A program made the position numbers and the translations under genes. DNA of 64,000 bases from Selaginella moellendorffii (taxonomy: Eukaryota > Plantae > Lycopodiophyta), in NCBI RefSeq assembly GCF_000143415.4, contig NW_003314290.1:62001-126000 (forward strand). The letters are read 5' to 3'. Numbering within the stretch: position 1 is the first letter of the stretch; each line of letters begins with the position of its first letter. The notes beneath the pieces are model-generated. The model was given only the letters and a program-made list of their open reading frames with translations. It was not told the origin of the DNA and ran no database searches. Below, in pieces: positions 13,035 through 23,759 of the stretch.

Positions 13035-14575
13035 ATGGCCACTCCTCTGCGATTTAGGGCTAGCGCCATTGGCGAATGCTTCGCGAGGCAGCACTCCTCG
13101 CGCCTCCCAGCGCAGAGGAGCGGCGCCGGGAGATCTGGAACGCGGCGCCATTGCAGCGCCATCACTGCCAGCCGCAGCACTGGCGTCTTGAATTCGCGCA
13201 TTGGAGCTGCCAGATCGGGGTCCCTGCCGTTCGAGGAGCTTCTAGCCGGTGCCGAGGCGGCAGCGAAGCTTGGCTCTCAGGTGTCGATCGGTAGGGAATT
13301 GTCCTCATTCTCAGCCATGGATTGTCTTTTTGAGGCCAGGTTGTGCTCGATGCATTGGACAAGCCGCGCAGAATCGATTACAAAGGAGCAACGGATCTCG
13401 TGACCGAGTATGTCGACTCGATTTCTTTCTTTCTCTCTTCCTTGATTGACGCTCGTTCCAGCACGGACAAAAAATGCGAGCTTGCTGTGCTTCAAGAAAT
13501 CCAGCGAAGGTTTCCTGACCACTTGATATTGGGTGAAGAGGGTGGTGTGATTGGAAACTCATCCTCTGATTACCTCTGGTGTGTCGATCCTCTTGGTAAG
13601 TTGGATGGTTCGCTTCGATTTTCCTTGAAAGCTTGAATTTCTGTAGATGGAACGACGAATTTTGCTCACGGATATCCCAGTTTTGCTGTTTCGGTTGCAG
13701 TCCTTTACAAAGGAAGACCAGCAGCTGCAACAGTGGTATGTAACACTTACGACTTTCTTTGTTTCTCCCATGTTTACTCGCGTGATTTGGACCGACTGTA
13801 GGTGGAATTCGCGGGAGGACCGTTCTGCTGGGTCACACGCACTTTCACCTCATCTTCAGGCAAAGCTGCGATATCATTTCATTTGCTGAAGTCACACTAA
13901 ACTTACAGGGGGAGGAGCCTTTTGCGAAGGCAATCCTATATCCGTCAGTAACACTGATCAAGTGAGTGTGTCTGCGACACCTTTCTTGTGTCTTACAAGA
14001 GCTTCTCGAACCAGGTGGAAAGGTCGCTATTAGTTACCGGGTTTGGATACGACCATGACGAAGCATGGGCTACAAACATCTCGCTTTTCAAAGATTTCAC
14101 GGATGTTAGCAGGGTAATGCTTTTTCTAATTTTCTTTTTGGTCTTACTAATACTGTACACAGGGTGTTCGTCGCCTGGGAGCTGCCGCAGTTGATATGTG
14201 CCATGTTTCCCTCGGCATTGTAGAAGCGTATTGGGAATACCGACTGAAACCTTGGGATATGGCAGCTGGGGTCCTGGTGAGTTGTTCTAGACTTGCATTA
14301 ACTCCATAGCTTAACTTTATTGTTTGTAGATGGTTGAGGAAGCAGGAGGGAAAGTAACTAAAATGGATGGTGGGGAGTTTTCGGTTTTTGATCGCTCAGT
14401 GTTAGTTTCAAATGGTGTAATACATCCCAAAGTGAGTAGTTGCAAATATTCTAGTTTATTGATTAATTTTTGGTTGCAGCTATTGGACAGAATATCTCCT
14501 GCAACAAAAACTTTGGTCAACCAAGGCTTAGATTTTTCACAGTGGTACAAACCAGAGGGTTACAGTTGCAACTGA
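13035..14575 (+). CDS. IMPL1: Myo-inositol monophosphatase-like 1, chloroplastic (multi-exon)
   Basis: Transit peptide, then YKGATDLVTE, ILGEE, WCVDPLDGTTNFAHGYP, GVRRLGAAAVDMCHV, LKPWDMAAG, EEAGG; ends QWYKPEGYSCN*. Confidence 0.92.
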
Positions 14576-16374
14576 AACGTTGTATTCCCTTTCTTTCTAA
14601 TAAATGATCAAAGACATTCAAAAATTGATTATAGACATTGTCAATTTCTTATGTTATTTTTTCTGTTTAAAACTCTTAATCACCATACACTACAGTAGAT
14701 TTCTTGCCATCTGACAGGAGAACTAGCTTGAGAGGATGATTGTTTCCCAGCCAGAGACTGTCATTCTAAACCCGGTTTCTAATAAAAGATATAATCGCTG
14801 CAAATTATCAGATTTATTTAGAAATCATGGCTTATTTAACTTCTGATTTTCAAATTATCATCTTGAAAAACCAATCTGATTTGAGGTTTATGTTTACCAC
14901 CATGCAATATTTGGAAATTTGGTCCTTTAAGAAACTAAGTTAAAATCATTTTATATAGTAAGAAACGTTAAGAAATACAATCACTAGGATAATCCTTGTT
15001 ATCTAACCTTTTTACTTGGGAAAGAGTCTCTTATAATAAAAGGTCCTTTATTATTCAAGTTTTGAGCATATTTATTTCTTTTTATTTTCTCATTTTTGCC
15101 TTAAAAATTCTTCTTTCAATGCTTATTTATCCATATTTTCTTTTTTCACAATGTTTCTTCCTTAATTTTTCTTGGTTTCTCTTCTTTATCCCAATTCTTT
15201 CTACTTTTTTTCTTTAAGGAGGGGATAAAGAAAATATAAAAATAAATGATTTAAGTTTGATTTCCCATGTGCAATGCTAGATAAAGATGATAGTCATAAA
15301 TATGAGTTAACATAGGCTTTAAAGGTTAACTAAAGGGAAGATGCAATAATAAATGTTGTTGATAGTAGTGAGTCCCAAGTTAATGATGGTATTAGAAGAC
15401 GACTAATAGACAAATTTAAAAATGGGATATATCATTTGTTACAATGGTGTTTTGTGAATTGAAATAGTTCTTAAAATCCTTTATTTTGGTTCAAAATTGA
15501 GATTGGTTTGAGTATTTTACAATCACATATTGAGTGGTAGTTAATTTATTAGTTCTATAGTTGACTAATGCTTGTGCTATAGCTTTAGGTTTTTATTTCT
15601 ATCATTGTTGTTAGCAAATCTATTTTGGTATATAAATAGGGGTTTAGACACTGCATATTCTGATATCCACATATAGCACTCACATATGTGTGGAGTATGT
15701 TCAACAAGATGACTCCCAGGGACTTAGTAGAGTGAAACTAGGTATTGGAGATGTAAATACACTTAAAAACAGTGAGTTTCGATCTGGAAAGTACGGAAGT
15801 ATGTAAGATAACTAAAAACATGCAATAACCAGACAGTTAATCTCTCGACTTAATGGCAGATGCACGGCTTGAAACAAGTCAGCCGTGTTTCCTGCTCCGA
15901 AAGCCACTCAAAAGAAAACTAGATCCCAAACTCACCAGTGAAAGCTTAATCGTGGCTTGAGTAGTGCGCTTTAGACTTCAATGTTTGGTCTTTTTGATTG
16001 GCTGTTGTGGTATATAGCCACTTTCAACAAAACACCAAGTCATAGAAAACTCTGGCAGTAGTAGGTAAGAATGGTTTTGCTTGACGAAAGATCTCTAGAG
16101 CATGCTGGAATGCTGCATTGCTAGTAAAATCTCACGAAATGTCATGCTCTGGAGCTATCTTGGCAAAAGCTAAAAAGGTACTCGTCAGTTTTCTTTTTCC
16201 ATCTCTCTGGACAGTGGCTTAAGCTTGTTTTTAGTTATTGGATTCAAGGACCATATGGACGACTTACAAGAGTAAACTCGTCAAACTTTAGCAGCAGATC
16301 GTTATCTTTAAGCTTGAAATGTATAAATCCTTTTTGATTTTATTCTTTCTGATTTTGGTGCTTCTCTCAATTCA

Positions 16375-16940
16375 CTAGAGGCCGTAGCGACTGCAAATGA
16401 CGAAGTTTCCATGGTCGTTGCTTATGTGCGAGTTGAGGTCAATGCTTGTTCTATGCTGGCCAGTTACCATCTGCGCCTCAGGTAGCCTCCAGATTCGAAC
16501 CAACAAGAGCAATGTCGCTGCAAGTGGCCCAAAAACCACCTTCTCTGCCATAAGCCAGGCTGCCATTAAGATTTGTGAATGTGTTATCGAGCAGTGTCCG
16601 TGCTGAATACTCTCCAGAGCAGTTGGCTTCGAGTACGTCGGTATTAAGATGGTATTTGGGATCCTTGAATGGCAAACAAAGAACAATCACATTTTCGAGC
16701 AAAGTTATAAGTGTTTCCTTACATATTTGTGAGCGAGCAGTGTCGTGCTGTGCCAGAGAAGTCGGCTTCGAGTATGTCAGTATCGGGAAAGTATCTATGG
16801 TCCTTGTAGCTGTTAAAAAAGGCACCGCAGCATAACTGATTGAATGGCAAACAAAGAACTCTTTAAACTTGTGTTCCTTAACATATGGTTTGATGAACTT
16901 GTGAAAGGAGGAGCAGCAGTAGCATTGCTATGAACGCCAT
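16375..16940 (-). pseudogene. Disrupted cyanovirin-N homolog (CVNH) gene with internal partial duplication
   Basis: Signal peptide MAFIAMLLLLLLSQ (ATG 16940). Pieces in different frames: VLEANCSG...LLDNTFTNLNGSLAYGREGGFWATCSDIALVGSNLEAT* and HRTSIDLNSHISNDHGNFVIC. The intron end and exon start are present twice. Confidence 0.75.
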
Positions 16941-17379
16941 TTGATGCGAAGGCATAAAATAAGCATTCAAGTTTGAAGCTGGCGGAAAGAATAATTTCTA
17001 AAGTTTGTTTTATTTGATAATCATAGTTGTTTGGATTGCAGCAACATCGTTTAATAAAAGGTGGCTTTATGACAAGAGTTTTGGTTCTTTTAGCATCTTG
17101 GGCAATGTTTTCTATTCTCGTCTTTGAAAATGAAGCAATGCATTAGCCAATTATTCTGGAAGTGACATAGATCTTCATTGAAACAACAAGAACTTAAGAA
17201 AGTGATCCTCAAGATAAAGAGGATTTTGAATGGCCACTGAAGATATATAGTACATTTTTGTGGTGTGCATCGGAACAACATGGGTGTCATAAAAGTGTGA
17301 TAAAAGGAGCATGCAATCAGTTGTGTTTATTAATATAAATACTTTTTACTCCTCAGGAAAATAAGATAAAGTTGAATTT

Positions 17380-17850
17380 TTACTGATCTCTATTTTGATT
17401 ACAAAACACTAACTTGTTATTTTGATAAGAAATCCATAAGTTCAAGTCAATAGTTGTGTAATGAAGATAAGAAGTTACTGAAGCACATTGTGTTTTTAAA
17501 ATGGATCCTTCAAGTGTTGTACCTTGACATGAATGTGTAAAATAACCATTATCATGTGATCCCACAGTAATAGCTTGAATGTTTCCATTTACATTTGTTA
17601 AATAGTATTCTAAATCTAGTTCCACATCATTTGGACAATTTGCTTGTAAAACACTATCTCCAAGCAATTGAACATCTGGACAATGATATAGTAATCCATA
17701 GCACTAAACGGTTAAGAAGGAATTAACAAAGAAAAACTTCAGAAATTAGCTTACATTATCAGTTTGAATAAAGCAGTCAATGAATGTTATAAGAAAATTC
17801 CACATAATCAAAACATAAACTATTTTCATAATTTTGGTATAAGTATTCAT
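17380..17850 (-). CDS. Secreted cyanovirin-N homolog (CVNH) lectin, 139 aa, 2 exons (17850-17755, 17703-17380)
   Basis: Exon 1 is a 32-aa hydrophobic leader. A 51-nt phase-0 GT-AG intron joins it in frame to CYGLLYHCPDVQLLGDSVLQANC...LDLEYYLTNVNGNI...FTHSCQGTTLEGSILKTQC...TTIDLNLWISYQNNKLVFC, the two half-repeats of the CVNH pattern. Confidence 0.82.
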
Positions 17851-19031
17851 AATTACAAATTTAAATGAAGCTTTAAATACGACAATATATTCTGTCGTTT
17901 ACAAAAAGTTTATTCTCTTTTATATATTCTAATAAAAATTAACTATAATTTTAATATTCTAATTATCTTAATTTTTTTCTTTTGATAAGAAATAAAATAT
18001 AAAAAAATTTAAAAGAAGATTCATAGTAGCTAGAGTATATATAGATTTTTGTCCTTTTGAAAAATGTTTCATAATTACAAGCTAAATCTCTATTATACTG
18101 TCTTAGAATAATAATAATATATTCAAACTGGTATATACATGTTGTAATTCTACAACTAGTAGACGTGAATTTAACATAACTTCTTGGTATGAATTATATA
18201 TATTTCTTAATTCTAAACTTAACCATTCTCCTTTAACTAATAAGTTTGAATTATATCCTCATGAACATAAAGGTGGATTACCTTCCATTCATTGAAAAGT
18301 TAATTGAACTTGAAATCTATCAAACTGAATAACAAATAGATTCTCATTTTTAGAAGGATAATCATTTCCTTTTCTATCTATTTCTGATAATAATCATTTT
18401 ATTAGCATTTTATGTCATACTATTAACCTAATTTACTTTAATTTTCTTTTAGATAATAAAATAAATAAATAATAAATATAAAAAATCATCTTTTAACTTC
18501 ATGTCTCACAGCACCAAAAGCTCATTAATGCCAAATGAAGACAACAAAGTAATATATGCAACCTGCAATGATACACTCCTTGATCAACAATGCATAGCAT
18601 AGTGAAAGAAGGATAATGTAAAGAAGGTTAAAGGAAAAGCAAATTTAATAGATACATGGCAACACATACAAGAAATCTAAATCTAAAGAACAAGAGAATC
18701 AAGAAATAAAATCATAATCCCAAACACTAAAGCAATACATTACAAAAAACTTTGCCCTTCAAGGACAATTTGCAATGTTCCTTGTTCCTGGACACCATGA
18801 GTGCTTATAATATAGGAATAGATAGGGAGGTGGATTAATTGAGACAAGCTTAAAGCTTTTGTTTTTCCTTCTTTCTTTTTTTAAATGCTATATCAATACT
18901 AATGATGGTTCTGTTTCGGAGCAATTATCAAGCAGATGGAGTGCTTTCTAGCACAGAAGTAAGCTTTGTGAAAAATGATTTTGACTGACCATCTTTTGTT
19001 GTAAGCAATCACCTGTTGATGTCATATGAGA

Positions 19032-19192
19032 TGGGCCGACAACCACATATCTTTGAGAATGGTGTGATCGGTGGTACCCTACCGGAACTCAAAGTCTCCT
19101 CAACAATGTTGGCTGTTTTCTCATCGATCAATCTTGTACCAGTTTATCGCATAGAGCTGCTTCAATGCCTTTTTAATGACCAGGTCTGAGCA
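19032..19192 (-). pseudogene. Degenerate fragment of SDH5 (copy of ~42158-42316)
   Basis: CATATCTTTGAGAATGGTGTGATCGGTGGTACCCT...GAGCTGCTTCAATGCCTTTTT aligns directly with the SDH5 exon, same orientation, with indels. Confidence 0.88.
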
Positions 19193-21439
19193 AGGGTGGC
19201 GAGGGAGGGGATGGACAGCTTGCGGGCAGGAGCACTGCCACTGGATCAGGCAACGGCAATCCATTGACGATTACCATGTCAATGCTGTAATTCAACATTG
19301 CCATGCACGAATGGCAGGGACGAACGGCAGGGACGATCCCTAGAACGTCTCCTCCAAGGTAACTGGCATGGAATGCACTGCTAAAAGGCTCTCAAAAGAC
19401 TCCCAGGGTAGCAGTGGCCTAGGTTGGTTGATGTAAGTTCTTTCTTTATTCTTTAGAAGTGAGAGGGCGAGCACTGCTGCGAGAGAGACTGGAGTGACAA
19501 CCATCTCATCATACACTCTATTAAACACTAGTAGATTCCCAGGTAGAGACTATCTGTGAGGCCATTGTCAATGCTGGATTTCACGCGGCCCTCTTGGAGG
19601 ATCCTGTCGAGCAGTTGACCAACACAGTGTGTCGTCTCTGGATCAGAGGTACATGTTGTGGTCGGATTCCAGGAGGTGGCACTCAGGAAGATTCAAGGGA
19701 TGAAGACTGTGGTGGCACCGAGCATCCTCTGTCCCCTGAGTCATGAGCTTGGAGGTGATCGCATCGACCCACGAGGGCTCCTTGATGTGATCCTTGGCAA
19801 CACAATCGTCAACACGTGATCTTATAGGGAAGGTGTACTGTGACTTGGAACAAAATGACTGCGGTGTGTTTGTCAGTTTTACAGCAGTATATTTAGAACA
19901 TATACTTTAAATATATAGTAAAGGGTTTAAAGATGTATATTATTAATCATCATTAATAAGAATTCCTTAAACATGAAATGTTGCTCATTTTGCATGATCA
20001 TGATGTTTGTGGAGTCTATTTTCTAGAAATCCCTTATTCAGAAGAACATTTACCATATGAACATTCTAAATCCGCATCCTCATTGTCATTATACTTTTGG
20101 AGGACATGTTATTAAATTCTAACTAGATCATGTAATTTCATTAAATGAGTTATTCAAGCTTGAGTACTCAAGTCTCTCCAAAGTTGGCCATGAAATAATA
20201 AGACTAAGATTTATAAAGCTCTCTTCTGCAAAAATATGGAGATCACCACAAGCAAATTCAGCTTTTTAAGATTTATAAACAATGTAATCACTTACAACAC
20301 GCTTGAATGATAAAAATGTGGCAATGGCTAATGCCAAATTAACACTAAATATGGCCTTCTATGACTTTGTGCATTCCATCACAAAAACAATAACTTAGTG
20401 ATTGTGCCTATAAATGGTTTTCAAATTGCTTGCTCCCAATTACAACCCAAAAACACCATTTGGTATTAAATGATGCTTTTCAGTGTTGCCCAATAGGTGA
20501 CCATTCGGTCTGAATAGCGTTTAGGACACTTTTAAAAAACTAGTGCCATTTTGAATTTAATCATTTTTGGACATCAGGGTTGGGTCAATAATATCTTTTT
20601 TGTCAGCCTGGGAGTCCTGCTTTGCATTTAGTGGCCAAATGGTTTTGCTTAGGTGGCACCATTTGGTTTTATATAAATGGATATTAAATTGCTCCAATTA
20701 AAAAGTTGCAGAAGTTGCCTAGGAATCTTAATTTTTACATAAATTATAAAAATTGTGAAGATTCTTTGTTACTATTGCTAGTTCTTTTTATTCCTCTTTA
20801 TGATAATTTGGTACATTTATTTAAAATTTTCCTTACTTTATTCAACGAAAATAATGATTCTAAGAATATATATGATAAATAAACCCTTAAGTTGTACACG
20901 GAGATGATCCATGCCTCTTCTATTCACCAGTTTTTAAAGTTGCGTAGCTTTCCCTGTACTCGAGCGTAGGAGATGGGGGGCTTTGGGACGAAATCGGGAA
21001 CGCTTCAAATCGCTCTTTTCCAAGATCAAGCTCGGGGAGAAGTTCCAGAATGGGTGCAGAGGAAGTGTAGTTCCGACAGAAACGTTTGTTATCCCGACCA
21101 AGGGTACTACATGGTCACCCAACAATCAGGTATATCGAAATATTATAATATCTGTGTTGTATGTCAGCAAAGACATCTCGGCCAGCGGTGGTGCGGCACA
21201 ACTGGATCACAGGAGGTTCTATGAGGCACTTCTGAAGATCATAGTTGAGTCCCGGGTGGCTAATTGGACGATAATACTGCACTGGCAGAATGAAAGGAAC
21301 GCGTTGACAACATCGCCAAAGTGGTTGTCACTGGCTCAGCCTGATGGGAAGAAAGTTTTCCTCATTTTAAGTTATCTAGTGTAAGCTATAAACAGGTTTA
21401 TAGCCGGAATTAACAAAAAAATCAACACCACTTCACCAG

Positions 21440-22200
21440 AATCGAGAGGAACGTTAACACACCTTGCAAGTTCATCCTTGCGAACAGGTCCAGCGTCTCC
21501 TTGCCTTCGTCACGAGGAACGTAGAGCGCGTTCCACACTGTCATGTCTCGCACCAATCGAAGGCTCGGTCTGGATTGTTGCACTTGCCATACATGTCCAC
21601 CAATGTGGTCTGGAGCACCGGGTCGAACTCTATCCCACGGCCGTTGATCTCCTTGATGAGGGCTAGAGCTTTCGAGCTAGCCCGGGCTTCGTCCTTGGTG
21701 GAGAAGGCCGCTACCACTCAAGGAGGTTGACGAAGGTGAAGCTGTCGAGCTTGAGGCCTTCATAGTCCATTCTCCTGCCATGGCCGTGTGTGCATACACT
21801 GCTAGCAAAGTCATTCAAGAGATCTTGTCTCTCGTTGCGATCTCTTCCAGAGCATGCCCCACAGCTCGGAACTTCACACACTTTCCATACAGGTTGACGA
21901 GTGCATTCGCCACGGCATTGTCTGACTCCAATCCCTGCCAGCGACCATCTCGTGGACGATCTGGCCCAGGGAGATGGATTGCATCCACGTGCAAGCATCA
22001 ATGACGCTCACCAGAGTGATCTTGTTCAGTTGCAAACCATGGCAGCGTCAGAGGTTGTCCCGTTTTCCACAAAAACAGAGCCAAAAACGTCAAGCACCCC
22101 ATATTTCCAGTGGTCACCAGACCACTGCATGACGTGAATGGGTTCTACACAATCTTTGCTGATGTTGCTCAGATCTTCCCTACATGCATACTCCTCACTT
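21440..22200 (-). pseudogene. PLS-type PPR gene remnant
   Basis: Fragments in shifting frames: NAVANALVNLYGKC, RRMDYEGLKLDSFTFVNLL, DPVLQTTLVDMYGKC. Confidence 0.7.
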
Positions 22201-22205
22201 AAAGG

Positions 22206-23150
22206 CTAAAGAGAAATACCAAAACCCAAAGCAAGCAAAGTCCCTTCCACAACGAGCTTCGTGATCCATACATTTATGGAGAAGTCATTCCTAGAGAGTT
22301 CCGGGGTACTGGAATAGGCATCAGATTCAATGCCTTCTTCATTTTCTGCTTCTTCATATAATTGTTCTTGCGCTTCATTTTCTGCTTGTTCGTCTTTGAG
22401 CTTCTTCTGCAGACTGCTGAAATGTATTGTATGACGTTTGCAAATGAAGATATTGGAATACCATATCAACTTGATCCACAAACAAGCCTGCGATGTCCAA
22501 GTCTTGGTTCACTTTACCAGACAGTAGGTTGAACGGCTCCTCTTCCTCTTCCACGTCTTCCTCTTCATGGACGCCTTCTACTTCCTCTTCAGCATCTCGG
22601 TAAAGTCTGGAGAAGGTCTGGTTAGATGCCAGCATCCAGTCAAAAAGGTTTGGTGCCACAACTTGAGTGCCATCTCATTTCTCCTGAATTTGGAAACACT
22701 GCCACAAAACTTAAGAATAAACTTATTCTGTGTAATACCAGCATCTTGGTGATAGCATGTGTTAATGTTTGTGGATTCATGATCATGTCCATCACCTGAA
22801 ATCATGAGCAAACAAGAAAGCAAGCGTCAAAATAAGAAGTGAAACCTTGTCTCACCTTGTCAGCCAAAGGGGAGTTCGAAACAAAGGTGAAAAATGGCTG
22901 ATTGATCAGTAGAACATCCTGATCGGTACAGGCTGGGTGGAAACAAGAGAAGATTCATGATGCTAAACACATGCCATTTCTGCTTCTTAGCACTGGGAAC
23001 TTCATCAATGCTAAAGAGATTGTGAGAGGGACCAGCAATCTCCTCCTTTGACATACTCCTAATGTCCAAGCTAGAAAATAAATGGTGAATAGCAGCTAAA
23101 CAAATGCACAATGTAGCAACTGACCTTGATGATGCCAGACTCATGGTGAT
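22206..23150 (-). pseudogene. Acidic (E-rich) coding-like remnant, product unknown
   Basis: Overlapping short ORFs with EEDVEEEEE and EQAENEAQEQLYEEAENEE in different frames; no continuous frame. Confidence 0.3.
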
Positions 23151-23759
23151 TTAGGTGATCAGATTAAGCCTCTGATGAAGCTTGTCTTGTTGCTGGATGG
23201 CGCAAACAAATTTATTAGAGCACCTTCCAGGTTTATTGTAGTTAACCTAACTAACATGAGAAACTATAGGAATATTCTAAAAGTATTCTATGGTACTCCT
23301 TAAGCATATTCTTCTACCTAAGGGTTAGGGTTCTTGGTTTTACGTGGGAATAGAAAGAAAGAAGAAGCCATGGCAAAGAAGTTCAAAATAGGAAAGAATC
23401 TGTGCATGGCAACTCCCTTGCTATTGTGAGCTGGTCGGTAGCAATCCAACTGCAAGAAGGCCCCTAATTGGCGAGCCAGACAAGCTCAAGAGCAGTGAGA
23501 AGAAAAAGAATAGACACATGGTTCAATCTTGCTACTCCATGTGGATTAAAACTCCCACCCTCTGCCAGTCTCAAAGCATGCTTCAAAAAGGCACTTGCCA
23601 CATTGAAGATGCTAGGGTCGCCCGCTCTTTCCAACCATTAGTTAGTTTCAACTTGCCGCCACCTTTTTGTGAACCAGATGACCTAATATCAAGAAAGGAT
23701 CTAAAAATATCACATAAAAAATGTTAAACGAAATAGGGCTAACTAAAAAATAAGGGCTG

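Noticed and set aside
15200-15760. Possible LTR remnant (purine tract, TATA-like TATAAATAGGGG)
   Set aside because: No partner repeat, TSD or PBS in the window.
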